Shown: one piece after another, positions 21,690 through 31,968 of the stretch
Layout of the letters: every line of letters starts with the position of its first letter
Numbering within the stretch: the first letter of the stretch is position 1
Assembly (NCBI GenBank): GCA_963793865.1
Contig: CAWCBP010000001.1
Span: 768,001 to 832,000, forward strand
From: an uncultured delta proteobacterium
Lineage (GTDB): Bacteria; Desulfobacterota; WTBG01
DNA: 64,000 nucleotides
Reading direction: 5' to 3'
The notes under the pieces: generated by a model
Seen by the model: the letters and a program-made list of their open reading frames with translations, nothing else
What the model was told of the DNA's origin: nothing
Databases searched by the model: none
Program-made: the position numbers and the translations under genes

Positions 21690-22091
21690 GTTTTCGTTTT
21701 ATGGTATAAAACATGTAACCAATTAATATTAAAGAGATAATAATGATGATATTAACATATTTACAATTTAATTTGAGATGACAATTTTGGTTCCTTTCGG
21801 TACTATTAATTTGTTAAAAGCATTATTAAAGAAAGAATTTGCAATTAAAAGATGATAATAATTTCAATAATATACGATAATATTGTGCGTTAATAAATTG
21901 AATGTTCTTATTTGTACGTTATATTGGGAACCAGCTATTTATACAGAAAGGAGTTAACCGGTTACAGCTTTCATGATGCCCAATAATGATATCCTTTACG
22001 GTTTGCACGTTCTGTGATATAGAGAGATTCTTACATGAATGGGTGCGGTGGAAGGTCTTTTTTGAGTCTCACCAGGGAGGAACCTACTTGC

Positions 22092-22412
22092 ATGACGAAT
22101 GAGAGACGGGGCTTTGGCAGATTTGGCACTGCGTTAAAGGCATATTATATAATTAATGGTGAAATCGGTGAGATAAAGCACGACTGCGTTGTCACCAATA
22201 TGAGCCGCAAGGGTTTTGGACTGCAAGTGAAGTCCGACAAGAAAATTGACCAGGGCGCGGGTATCCGGCTGGAGATATATGTTCCGGAAAAGAAAGGTCC
22301 AACCCTCGTTCAGGGAACTGTAAAATGGATTGAAAAAAAGGGATCCTTCTGGGCGGCAGGCGTAGAATGCTTGAAAGTGCTGAATGAAATGGATTTTTCC
22401 AAACTGAGCTGA
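22092..22412 (+). CDS. PilZ domain protein
   Basis: ERRGFGR and NMSRKG motifs. Confidence 0.85.
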   Translation: MTNERRGFGRFGTALKAYYIINGEIGEIKHDCVVTNMSRKGFGLQVKSDKKIDQGAGIRLEIYVPEKKGPTLVQGTVKWIEKKGSFWAAGVECLKVLNEMDFSKLS

Positions 22413-22434
22413 CGGGCCTTAACCTGTTATCACC

Positions 22435-23355
22435 TTATTCCTCGAGAGGTATCTCAAAAGAGTCTAAAATCCTGTGCGTCCAATGCTGTATGACCTTTAC
22501 CTTCATTAAGCCTTCCTCCACGCTCAACACACACCAGTGATATCCATGCTTATTCACTTCTGATCCTTCAGCCCTGTCCCACACACAAGGGAGAGGAAGC
22601 GGGGTTGCCCCGCCTCCCGCGGTGGTAATGTGCTTTATCCCGTTCACGGTAAATCGTTCATACCAGTGATTGTGGGCATACGCGATCATCTTAACGTTAT
22701 ACTGCTCACACAGTGAAACATAGCGATTCCTCATGAAGCGGTTTGAACCATGCCCTTCGCCGAACCAGCTGCGGGAGGCATATGCCGGATCGTGCCATAT
22801 TACCAGCATGGGTTTATCGCGGTTCATTTCCAGGTCATCTTTGAACCACTCATACTGTATCGTTTCCAATGCGTCACCTTCATGCGTCTCGTCGTTAAAG
22901 CCTTCCAGGTTGGAATCGATGGAGATCACATGGAGTCCTTCCACGTCTTCCGACCACCATCGCTCCACCTGAAACGTGGCATAGTAATTCCAGGTGTAGT
23001 AGGCTTCCTGTTCGCAGTGAGTGTCCCACCATTCACAAACCGCGTCTTCATCATCATGATTCCCCACACAGGGATAGATGGGATAATCAAATGCCTTTTC
23101 GTTCGCGTCAATCCACGCGTCCCATTCCCAGGCATTTTTGCCGCTTTTTACATAGTCGCCGGTCATGACAATCCCTACCAGGTTGTCATAGTTGCGCTCA
23201 GTGTATGCAATGGCGTCATTTATGATCTGACGGGCTTTTTGGTAAAATTCATTTCCGACGCCGGCGCGGGAATCGCCAATGACAATCAGCTCAAATCCGT
23301 GAACGGTTGATACCGCGGCAAGAAAAAAAAGAACCGGCAGCAGAATTTTTTTCAT
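22435..23355 (-). CDS. secreted metallophosphoesterase (purple acid phosphatase-like)
   Basis: Signal peptide; GDSR, TGDYV, GNHD, WHDP and HNHWYER motifs. Confidence 0.85.
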   Translation of the reverse strand: MKKILLPVLFFLAAVSTVHGFELIVIGDSRAGVGNEFYQKARQIINDAIAYTERNYDNLVGIVMTGDYVKSGKNAWEWDAWIDANEKAFDYPIYPCVGNHDDEDAVCEWWDTHCEQEAYYTWNYYATFQVERWWSEDVEGLHVISIDSNLEGFNDETHEGDALETIQYEWFKDDLEMNRDKPMLVIWHDPAYASRSWFGEGHGSNRFMRNRYVSLCEQYNVKMIAYAHNHWYERFTVNGIKHITTAGGGATPLPLPCVWDRAEGSEVNKHGYHWCVLSVEEGLMKVKVIQHWTHRILDSFEIPLEE

Positions 23356-23626
23356 AAGAGATGTCCTTTCCCCGGGTTTGCCTTTGCTTTATCTATTGCA
23401 CAAAACCCTCTTTTAATCAATCTCCTAGTAACAATAAGCATGGCAGCAGATCGACAGTATTCAAAAAAATAGAGAAGAGTTAAAGAAAAAATATAATTCA
23501 CCGAAATGTATAACAAGCGCGTCAGGCAACTCACTTCAGAATTTTCACAAGGGATGATAACCGGATACAAGAATCATGTAATCAGAAGCTGCCGAGCGGA
23601 TGCGGGCGGCGGATAAGGGTGAATGC

Positions 23627-23941
23627 ATGGAATACACAAGACAGTACGTGAGATATCCCACCCACCGGGAAGCTTTTTATTGTCTGCAGAAAGCGATGGC
23701 TGAAAAGCGGGAGTGCACCATCATCAATATAAGCCGCAAGGGAATGGGGGTGTTATTTCATGCGAAGGATGGCATAGCCATCGGGGTGCCGATTCGCATA
23801 GAAATACCAGTCGCAACCGCCCTTGAAAGCATCAGTGTCAACGGCATGGTAAAGTGGGTGGACACGTCTGATTCTGCTTACGTGGGAGGGATCGAATTAA
23901 GCAAGGAACTGAGTGACGTCAAATTTTCAAAGCTCTGTTAG
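23627..23941 (+). CDS. PilZ domain protein
   Basis: TRQYVRYP and NISRKG motifs; paralogous to 22092-22412. Confidence 0.85.
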   Translation: MEYTRQYVRYPTHREAFYCLQKAMAEKRECTIINISRKGMGVLFHAKDGIAIGVPIRIEIPVATALESISVNGMVKWVDTSDSAYVGGIELSKELSDVKFSKLC

Positions 23942-24095
23942 ACTGTGACCGGGGAATATGTCAGTCATGAATTCAGCTCAGCAATATTATATCTTCAGAA
24001 ACGCACTAATCATAAAAGTGCTAAAGTTATTAATTGCCGATAACGAATATTATTGTATGGGTAAAAAAACGCTTTCCTTTACATAGAGGTCCACT

Positions 24096-24308
24096 ATGGG
24101 AAAGAGCGCTTGCGGAAGTTTCCACATCAACGATCAGGAAGGAATGACCCACGGCGCAGGAAGCCTGAATGCAGAATCAGGAACAGGTTCGAGATTGGCA
24201 TCCTTTATAATGGCATGGTTACTTGCCATATTTTTTTGCCTTGCATTCTGGTTTGGAATCTACCTGCTGATCAGGTCATTCGTTTCCACATCATCGTGGC
24301 AAGTTTGA
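24096..24308 (+). CDS. small hypothetical membrane protein
   Basis: GAGG RBS, one C-terminal hydrophobic helix. Confidence 0.35.
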   Translation: MGKSACGSFHINDQEGMTHGAGSLNAESGTGSRLASFIMAWLLAIFFCLAFWFGIYLLIRSFVSTSSWQV

Positions 24309-24351
24309 AAAGCCGGATATGTGAAAAGGCTGATCATTGAGAGGAAAGATC

Positions 24352-24738
24352 ATGATCAAGAAAATTTTGCTGGTTGATGATGAAGAGGTGATCCTTAACA
24401 CCTATGCCTCTCTTCTCGGAGAAAGAGGATTCGCCGTTGTCACGGCCACCTGCGGGCGAAAGGCTCTGGAGGAGTTTTTTTCACATTCATTTGATCTGGT
24501 GATTACTGATTTGGCCATGTCTGATATAGACGGCTTTACGGTTATAGAAGAAGTCAAAAAAGTATCGCCCGGCACACCCGTGATTGCTTTTACCGCTAAA
24601 TGCTATAAAAATGTCAAGGAGTATGTTTTTCTGCTGGGGGCATCTGCTCTGCTGGAAAAAACATGCAGCATTGATACCTTTATCGCTAATGTTAACAATT
24701 CGTTGCTGAACGGCCCCAAGGCCTCAACCGCCATGTAA
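24352..24738 (+). CDS. single-domain response regulator (receiver)
   Basis: ILLVDDE, DLVITDLAM..DG, PVIAFTA, LEK. Confidence 0.9.
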   Translation: MIKKILLVDDEEVILNTYASLLGERGFAVVTATCGRKALEEFFSHSFDLVITDLAMSDIDGFTVIEEVKKVSPGTPVIAFTAKCYKNVKEYVFLLGASALLEKTCSIDTFIANVNNSLLNGPKASTAM

Positions 24739-24858
24739 CCGATCTCAGTACAAGCTTTCTTCCTCACCGCGCTTGAATTCCCTATCAAACATTTGTATTC
24801 CCGGTCATTAGTGTCCACAACAAGATAATTATCCTTTGATTTATTAAACTTTTGACAT

Positions 24859-25024
24859 GAGATTGCTTCGTCGCTTATGCTCCTCGCAACGACCCTACTT
24901 GTGCGTCATCGTTTGATTTTGTCATTGCGGGCGATTGCTTGACATGCTGAGTCCTTCGCTTTGTCATTCTGAGCGAAGCGAAGAATCTCGTTTTTGCCCA
25001 GGATACACTCAGCGTGGCAATCTC
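24859..25024. repeat. nested palindromic intergenic element (GTCATTGCGAG / GTCATTCTGAGCGAAGCGAAGAATCT type)
   Basis: Outer arms GAGATTGC/GCAATCTC, inner arms GCTGAGT/ACTCAGC, and an internal gtcattctgagcgaagcgaagaatctc. Confidence 0.65.
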
Positions 25025-25190
25025 GTTTTTGGACAAGACTGACAGAAAAAGTTTTTTTATGGTTATAAAACCAATTTTTATTATATAAACTCATGGACCG
25101 TATCGGACAGGATTTAAGCAGGTGTTCTATAATTAAGCGATTGCTGTATGTGTGTCGTTGAGTACAAAATATAAAGGGAGGATACATAGC

Positions 25191-25793
25191 ATGATGTTAA
25201 ACAGCCTCAGTGAATATTTTCTTAATCCGACATTTATCGTACTTGCCCTGATGTCGCTCTACTCGGTAACCGTAATGCTGAATCAGGCGCTCTATCTTTA
25301 TTCCAGCCGCGACACATTTCCTGAGCTGCTGCAAATTCTGGAAAATGACGACGGCGGCGACAAGAACCTTTCGGCCGTCGCAGCGGAAAGGAATACTCCT
25401 CATCGCAGGCTGATTAGTGCCGGACTGAAACATCTGGCAAAACCCGCCGAAGTACTGAGCGCGTTTCTTGACGAAGAGACCAAAGGACTCCGCTGGGAGG
25501 CAGAGCACCGCCTGGCGGTACTGGGGACCATCGCAAATGTGGCACCGTTCATCGGGCTGTTTGGGACGGTGATCGGGGTGATCCGCGCCTTTCAGGCGAT
25601 TGCGGTCAAGGCCAGCGCCGGGCCATCGGTTGTGGCAAGCGGTATCGCCGAAGCGCTCTTTGCAACTGCCGCGGGACTGTTCGTTGCCATACCTGCGGTA
25701 ATAGCCTACAACTACTTTCTGAAGCGTTCGAGAAAACTAAGCCTTGAACTGGGACGCATTGCGACGCTGATGGTTCATCGCGGGAGGATCTGA
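25191..25793 (+). CDS. exbB: MotA/TolQ/ExbB proton channel protein
   Basis: LGTIANVAPFIGLFGTV.G...GIAEALFATAAGLFVAIPA. Confidence 0.92.
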   Translation: MMLNSLSEYFLNPTFIVLALMSLYSVTVMLNQALYLYSSRDTFPELLQILENDDGGDKNLSAVAAERNTPHRRLISAGLKHLAKPAEVLSAFLDEETKGLRWEAEHRLAVLGTIANVAPFIGLFGTVIGVIRAFQAIAVKASAGPSVVASGIAEALFATAAGLFVAIPAVIAYNYFLKRSRKLSLELGRIATLMVHRGRI

Positions 25794-25795
25794 TT

Positions 25796-26221
25796 ATGTA
25801 TATGCGCAATACTGATGATACCCCGTTTTTGAGCGAGATCAATATGATACCGCTGATTGACGTGGCACTGGTGCTGCTGATAATATTTATGATCATCACC
25901 CCGGTCATGGTGCTCAATTCCATCCAGGTTCAGCTTCCACAATCAGCCTCTGAAAAACAGCCCCCCACAAAGACTATTATCGTTGCCGTCAAGCCGGACG
26001 GAAGTGTCTATCTCAACAACGAGCCGGTCACACCCGGTCTGCTTACTGACAAAATAACCCTGCTCATGGAGCAGAAGCCTGACAGCGCAGTCATTTATTC
26101 AGACAAAAAAGTAGACGTGGAAACTATTGTTGACGTGATTGATCAGATAGAAGCGGGTGGCATGCACACCATCAGCCTGACCACTGAGCGAAAAACAGCA
26201 GCTTCCCGGCCTGCGCCCTGA
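25796..26221 (+). CDS. exbD: ExbD/TolR protein
   Basis: EINMIPLIDVALVLLIIFMI with the conserved Asp. Confidence 0.92.
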   Translation: MYMRNTDDTPFLSEINMIPLIDVALVLLIIFMIITPVMVLNSIQVQLPQSASEKQPPTKTIIVAVKPDGSVYLNNEPVTPGLLTDKITLLMEQKPDSAVIYSDKKVDVETIVDVIDQIEAGGMHTISLTTERKTAASRPAP

Positions 26222-26256
26222 GCAAAGGAAGGCCGTCATAACAAGGAAGAAGCAGC

Positions 26257-27378
26257 ATGCGGCATGTTACGATAAAGTTTATAAGGCCTGTCGGCAGCTT
26301 TATACTGTCCGGCATCATTCATGGCATACTCATTCTGTTATTAGTGCAGTTCAACTGGATGGCCTCCGCAAACGGCAGGCTCGAGAAAAGCCCCACGGTT
26401 ACCATCATGCCTCAGGTTAAACCGGAAATCCCCTTAACCTTCCAGGACCAAAAACCGCAGCTTTATGAGGAATTCAGAGTGCAGGGCTTTAATCCCCTTG
26501 ATGATAAATCGCCGGGAGAAATGGATGATCGCCTGCCGAAAATACAATCGCTTTCCGCTTTACCGGTGGTAAAGTTCACACCTGACATACGCATTCGCGA
26601 TGATCTGCACCTGTCAGGCGCCCCAACGCTCGACAAGGCACTTTTGAATGCCGGCAAGGGTCCTTCAAACAGCATCGGCGGGCAGTTTTACGGCATGGGC
26701 GGCACCGGATTTTCAGGCTCATTCGGGAGACACATGAAGGGTGTCCGGGAAATGGGCCTTGACGTGGTTTTTATCTTTGATGCCACCAGCAGCATGGCCG
26801 AGTTCCTCAGGAAGGTAAAGACGAAGATAGCAAGCCTGGCCCAGACATTTAAAGCCCTGGTGCCCACGGCACGAATCGGGCTTGTTGCCTATCGCGACCA
26901 TAAGGATGACTTTGTCACCAGATCATTTCCGCTTACCCATAAAACACATCAACTGGAGCAATTTCTGCAGGGTATGGACCCGGTTGGAGGAGGCGACCAT
27001 GCCGAGGCGGTAACCGACGGACTGCGGGTTGCCATTAATGAGTTCAACTGGGGAAAGAACTCAAAGAAGATAATCCTGGTGATCGGTGATGCTCCACCGC
27101 ATCAGGAGGATATGCAGCAGACACGGGATCTGGTGGAAAAGTTCAAAACCAGGATGAACGGCATGGTGGCGACGCTTGATACGAGTTCCCACAATTTTCG
27201 GCTACAGGGAGAGGCATTATCGCAGGAAGTACTGCCGGAATTCAGAGAAATTGCCATGATAGGCGGCGGGGAGAGCGCGCGTATGATTGATGAGGAAAAA
27301 GTGATCAAGCAGATGGTTGTGCTTGTCTTTGGAACCAAATGGGAATCCTATCTGGACGAATTTTTAAAGAATTTATAA
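26257..27378 (+). CDS. membrane-anchored vWA domain protein with a TonB-like SxxxH TM motif
   Basis: TM LSGIIHGILI; MIDAS FDATSSM, YRD, GGGD..EAV, IGDAPPH. Confidence 0.85.
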   Translation: MRHVTIKFIRPVGSFILSGIIHGILILLLVQFNWMASANGRLEKSPTVTIMPQVKPEIPLTFQDQKPQLYEEFRVQGFNPLDDKSPGEMDDRLPKIQSLSALPVVKFTPDIRIRDDLHLSGAPTLDKALLNAGKGPSNSIGGQFYGMGGTGFSGSFGRHMKGVREMGLDVVFIFDATSSMAEFLRKVKTKIASLAQTFKALVPTARIGLVAYRDHKDDFVTRSFPLTHKTHQLEQFLQGMDPVGGGDHAEAVTDGLRVAINEFNWGKNSKKIILVIGDAPPHQEDMQQTRDLVEKFKTRMNGMVATLDTSSHNFRLQGEALSQEVLPEFREIAMIGGGESARMIDEEKVIKQMVVLVFGTKWESYLDEFLKNL

Positions 27379-27384
27379 GGGTAC

Positions 27385-29931
27385 ATGTTTATGCCTTTTC
27401 TTCCCCGCCGGGTTAGCCGCGCCCTGCCTTTGATTACAATCTTTTTTCTCCACACTGCCTCCACCGCAGCAGTGAATGCCGGGGATCTGAGCCGGCTTGA
27501 CGTTGCTAAAATGACATCTCCCGGTGAGTTAAAGAACGCCCTCAGCTCAATGCAAGCATGGTTTGAGGGTGAACAGCAAAGTCGGCAGCCGTCATTTGAA
27601 CTGCAGAAGACCGTTGTCACAAAATCGGGAGAGTGCATCAGCAGACTTGTAGATTTAAGTCAGAGCGCCGATCTGTCGAAGGAAGCGGAAAAGGAGTCAT
27701 TTAAATCAGTTTTTTTAAGCAGCGGCGAGCTGCTCCGAGAGATGCTCACTTACAATCAGACCCGCGTGGATGACCTGCTGGAGGCAAAGCTTGAGCAGAT
27801 TCAGGATAAGGAGGCCTTCTTTACCTCACCTGAGTGGGAGCAGCCCCGGTATCTGATAGCAGTCGCGAGTTACTGGCTGGGATGGAACAATTACTATGCC
27901 TCGCTTTTATATCAGCCGGGCGATATAGCACGCCTGAGTCTTCTTGACGAAGCTGTTTCCGGATTTACCCGGACGCTGCCGGACCTGAACGATCAGTCTC
28001 TGGCCAACCGGTGCATGTTCGGCAGGGCGTTATGTTTTAAAGAGCAAAAGAAATATGATAAAGCGCTTCAGGATATCCATTCCCTTATGGCTAAAGTTCC
28101 CCGCGGGGATTTGCTGTATGCACAGGCCGGATATGAGAATGCGCTCATCAGTCACCTGTCCGGTAAAAACGAGCTTGCGGTAAAGCAGATTCAGGAACTG
28201 CAGACAGAAGGCAAGCCTGGTGTCATGCCGCAGCAGATCAAGGATCAGCTCAAGCAGCTACAAACAAAAATCGCGCTTGGCATCGCTGAAAAGAAGACGT
28301 CCGCACAGGACGCTGCACATGCCAAGGCCTCGTATGATGAGGCGGTACGCGAGCTTAAGCGCATTGCGGAGGCGGATGCGGCACAGGCCGGGGTGCTGTA
28401 CCGGTATGTGTTCGATCACGCGGAGCACCTTTCAGACAAACCGGATGCAGAGCTGGGCAGCATCGGAAGCCTGGCCATTGCTGATTGGCATTTTGACCGG
28501 AAAGAATATGATCCTGCCGGCGCACGTTACCGGAGGTTGTATGCCGCACCGGACAACTTCATTAACGGGTATCTTGACGGACTTTGCTTCAGGCTCGCCT
28601 ACTGCTATTCACAGAAGCAGCAGTGGCAGGATGCGCTGGGATGTCTGGAGATGCTTTTTCAGAAATATCCCGGCTCATCGTTTGACGGCAAGGCAGCCTG
28701 TCTCTATCATGCCGTTGCCGCACAAGCCTATCAGGCACAGCCTTCAGATGGCGCGTATGCCCGCTATGTAAAGGCTGCCGAGTGTTATGTGAAAAACTGT
28801 CCTGATGCCCAGGATAAGAGTGAGGCCCATTTTCAGCTGGGACGATATTATCAACAGCGGGGGCGGATGCAGGACGCACTTGTGCAATTTAAAAAGGTCG
28901 GCAATGATTCGCCGCATTACCCTGATGCGCATCATGCAGTGCTCCTGATAACCGTAAACGGGCTGCAGTCGGATGTTGAAGAACTCGAGTCATTGATTCG
29001 CGATGGCCAGGGGCAATCGGAAAAAGCGGTAAAGCGGTACCGGGAATGCATCAAACAGGCTGAGGATTGCCGGAAGACATTCACGAGGCTGCAGTCACCG
29101 GATGGTGACAGTGTCCTGGAGGCTTATGTGACTATCCTGCTGGCACGACTGTACTTGCATGCTTCAGAGCAGTCTCCGCAGAAGGCGCTGCAGCTGCTGC
29201 GGGGATTTGAAGCAACATTTGCGATTAAGCAACAGCAGGAATTGCTGTATGACATGGCACGAAAGCTGAGGCTGGAGTGCTACCTTCAGCTCGGCATGCT
29301 TAAAGAGGCAGAGCAGGAAATGGCCCGTATAACTGCACAAGGAACCGTTGACGAAAAGACCTGGGCGTTTCTTAACGGGTGTGCTGATCGGTATTATACA
29401 CTGGCTAAGGAAGATCGGGCAGGGACGGAAACCGGCAGCACCACACGGCATGCGGCAGCGTCACTGACAATTTATAAAGGGCTTGCCGACATTGCCGGGA
29501 ATAATCCCTCCTATAAAAATCTTTATGATCCGATCCGGATGAGGCTTGCGGAGCTTTATACCATGGAGAATCAGTTGCCGCAGGCGGCCGCAATCTATCA
29601 GGATTGCCTCCAAAAGGACCCGAACTCAGGGGATGGGCTGTATAATCTGGCCCGTATATATGAAAAGGAAGAAAAGTGGGAAGATGCTTACATCACCTGG
29701 AACAAACTTGCCCGGGGCATCAAGCCGGGCAGCAACAGCTGGTTCGATGCCCGGTACTGCACGGCACAGGCGCTGATCAGACTTGGCAAGCCCAAAGATG
29801 CCTGCGACGTCATAGCGGTAACACGATCAAATTATCCGGATCCGGGCGACGAAGCATTGAAACAAAAGTTTTTGAAGTTAGAGGATGAGTTTTGCTCAAA
29901 ACAAGATACGACACGAACCGGGAAGGATTAA
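27385..29931 (+). CDS. large exported TPR protein
   Basis: Signal peptide; repeated helical TPR-like units (FQLGRYY, YNLARIY, FRLAYCY). Confidence 0.8.
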   Translation: MFMPFLPRRVSRALPLITIFFLHTASTAAVNAGDLSRLDVAKMTSPGELKNALSSMQAWFEGEQQSRQPSFELQKTVVTKSGECISRLVDLSQSADLSKEAEKESFKSVFLSSGELLREMLTYNQTRVDDLLEAKLEQIQDKEAFFTSPEWEQPRYLIAVASYWLGWNNYYASLLYQPGDIARLSLLDEAVSGFTRTLPDLNDQSLANRCMFGRALCFKEQKKYDKALQDIHSLMAKVPRGDLLYAQAGYENALISHLSGKNELAVKQIQELQTEGKPGVMPQQIKDQLKQLQTKIALGIAEKKTSAQDAAHAKASYDEAVRELKRIAEADAAQAGVLYRYVFDHAEHLSDKPDAELGSIGSLAIADWHFDRKEYDPAGARYRRLYAAPDNFINGYLDGLCFRLAYCYSQKQQWQDALGCLEMLFQKYPGSSFDGKAACLYHAVAAQAYQAQPSDGAYARYVKAAECYVKNCPDAQDKSEAHFQLGRYYQQRGRMQDALVQFKKVGNDSPHYPDAHHAVLLITVNGLQSDVEELESLIRDGQGQSEKAVKRYRECIKQAEDCRKTFTRLQSPDGDSVLEAYVTILLARLYLHASEQSPQKALQLLRGFEATFAIKQQQELLYDMARKLRLECYLQLGMLKEAEQEMARITAQGTVDEKTWAFLNGCADRYYTLAKEDRAGTETGSTTRHAAASLTIYKGLADIAGNNPSYKNLYDPIRMRLAELYTMENQLPQAAAIYQDCLQKDPNSGDGLYNLARIYEKEEKWEDAYITWNKLARGIKPGSNSWFDARYCTAQALIRLGKPKDACDVIAVTRSNYPDPGDEALKQKFLKLEDEFCSKQDTTRTGKD

Positions 29932-29979
29932 TAAGCAATAGGCAGTGCCGGTAGATCAGGGCTGCCTTACGGGTGACAC

Positions 29980-31749
29980 ATGGTTAAGTGCTGCGTGTTT
30001 ACATGGCTCTTGGTTATGATTTTCTGTATGCAGGGTTGCGGTGCGCTTTTCCAGAAAGACAGGGCATTGAGAGAATTTCAGCTGCAGGAGGAGCAGTACA
30101 AGCCCTACAAGCTTCAGAACTCCATAGAGGGATACCGGGAGTTTATTGCACGCTACCCGAAAAACACCTTTGTGAGTGAAGCGACGCAGCAGATTGAAAA
30201 TCTGGAATTTACCCCCTACGAGCAGGAGGACAGCGTCGAAGGGTATATGGAGTTTAATTTGCTCTATCCTGAAAACCGCCACCGTTCTAAGGCCTCTCTT
30301 AAAATAGAGCAATCAGAGTTAAAGAGGTATGAAAAAATTGATACTGTTGCCGGATACAGGGAATATCTTGCGAAATATCCGGAGAGCAATTTTGCTATTT
30401 TGGCCAAGGAGCGGCTGCAGGAGCTGGAGTTTCGTGAATTTGATAAGACGCTGAACGAACAATACGGGTTCGATCTGTTAGCCTACCGGCTGCAGCTGAG
30501 GCGATCGAAAAAAACCCTCGAAACGAAAGATGGATTCGATATGGGTGCATTCACCTGTTTTTCCTCTTTTAACTCTCACCAGGGAAAACGGTATTTTCAT
30601 ACGCAGCTCATTTACCCGAGCGATATCGCTTATCGCACCGGTTCGTCTGACACGCTGCGAAGAAATTTCTTTGACCGGCTTTTTTCGCAGTCACTGATAT
30701 ATCTCAACAAGAACTTTGCCCGCAAAGATATTATTGACGGATTCAGCTTTGATATTTCGTGGACGCCGAGTTCCTATCACGGGGACAGGAAGGTTGTATG
30801 GGAATATTATTTTCCCCGCGATGGGATTGAGCGCTACGCACAGGGGATGCTGGACGGAAATGCCCTTATGGCGCAGACTCAGATAATTACCCCGGTACAA
30901 GCTGCTGCAGATGAAATCGTTTACCAGCCGGGGACTAAACCTCTTACTGAAATGCCAAAGCAGAGCATGGTCCATCCGGAGAAACTGGATGGCGCAGACA
31001 TTATGACCATGGTTTCTGAGCGCGATCAGGGGGAAGACTCCATTATCGCCTCGTCCTGGCAGCGGGGCCGGCACAGCATGAAGGCTATGGTGAAAAGGAA
31101 ATGCTATAAGACCGCGGATGAATTCGTTGATAAGGCTGTTTCACGCTATATTGAACCGCCATCGCATTATGGGAACAGTATTTTGGTGTGGAATTACAGG
31201 AGCAGGGAAAAGGCATTCTGGCACAAATCATTTCATAGAGGTCCGGAACGCGTTACGGATGCCGAACGATTCAGACCGCCGGCAGAATCTGATTTTAGTC
31301 TCAGCGATTACCTGGACAGTTCTGTCTCGAAAGAAAAACATGAACTGTTACGACGTGAGGAGTGGGCGGGCAGGCATTGTTTTGTCATCCAAAGCACACC
31401 ATTGGGGAAAGAGACTCAATACGGGAAGCGGGTGAGCTGGATAGACCAAAGTCATTTCATCCCCTTAAAGATTGAATATTGGAACAGGGAAGGAAAACCC
31501 TGGAAGATTTTGAGTATCGAATGGCAAAATAATTTTGGCTTCATGTTTTGGAAGAAGGCAACAGTCGAAAACGTGCTGACTGCAGAAAAGACATATATTA
31601 CCATTGATGATGTTCGCGTTAATCAGGGGTTCAACGATACAGAATTTACCATACAGGGCTGGAACGGCAAAAACACGGATTGTAAATTAATCAGCATTAG
31701 TCTTTGTCGCCACCGACATTCTTGTTTATGCTTGACAAGCCACGGATGA
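29980..31749 (+). CDS. lipoprotein with N-terminal YxxFxxxYP repeats and a C-terminal LolA-like (outer-membrane lipoprotein-sorting) domain; true stop probably ~31685
   Basis: MQGC lipobox; three GYxEF/YxxxYP repeats; CFVIQSTP..YGKRVSWID..PLKIEYW..G; an alternative frame ends QGLERQKHGL*. Confidence 0.75.
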   Translation: MVKCCVFTWLLVMIFCMQGCGALFQKDRALREFQLQEEQYKPYKLQNSIEGYREFIARYPKNTFVSEATQQIENLEFTPYEQEDSVEGYMEFNLLYPENRHRSKASLKIEQSELKRYEKIDTVAGYREYLAKYPESNFAILAKERLQELEFREFDKTLNEQYGFDLLAYRLQLRRSKKTLETKDGFDMGAFTCFSSFNSHQGKRYFHTQLIYPSDIAYRTGSSDTLRRNFFDRLFSQSLIYLNKNFARKDIIDGFSFDISWTPSSYHGDRKVVWEYYFPRDGIERYAQGMLDGNALMAQTQIITPVQAAADEIVYQPGTKPLTEMPKQSMVHPEKLDGADIMTMVSERDQGEDSIIASSWQRGRHSMKAMVKRKCYKTADEFVDKAVSRYIEPPSHYGNSILVWNYRSREKAFWHKSFHRGPERVTDAERFRPPAESDFSLSDYLDSSVSKEKHELLRREEWAGRHCFVIQSTPLGKETQYGKRVSWIDQSHFIPLKIEYWNREGKPWKILSIEWQNNFGFMFWKKATVENVLTAEKTYITIDDVRVNQGFNDTEFTIQGWNGKNTDCKLISISLCRHRHSCLCLTSHG

Positions 31750-31883
31750 TATATTATTAATTCTATTAAATAGGAATTATTATTAGTAAGGTAATATGAT
31801 AAACATTTAAAATAATCGGGTTAAGACCCCATGCCTCCTGGGGGCACCACGAATAATGAAAATTGGTTTCAGTACTTTGTTTT

Positions 31884-31968
31884 CCCCTCACCTCAATCCT
31901 CTCCCCCAAGGGAGAGGAGGTTAAATAGGTTCCCTCTACCCCCTGGGGAGAGGGTTAGGGAGAGGGGG
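31884..31968. repeat. CCCCTCACC...CTCTCCC palindromic intergenic element
   Basis: cccctcacctcaatcctctcccc ... ggggagagggttagggagagggg inverted arms with internal hairpins. Confidence 0.7.

Noticed and set aside
24021..24043. Second sigma28-like site, TAAAGTTA...GCCGATAA
   Set aside because: The boxes are separated by 6 nt rather than ~11, so it is not supported unless bases are missing from the assembly.
24906..25187. 93-aa ORF across the palindromic element
   Set aside because: It is a translation of repeat DNA (EILRFAQND), with no coding support.
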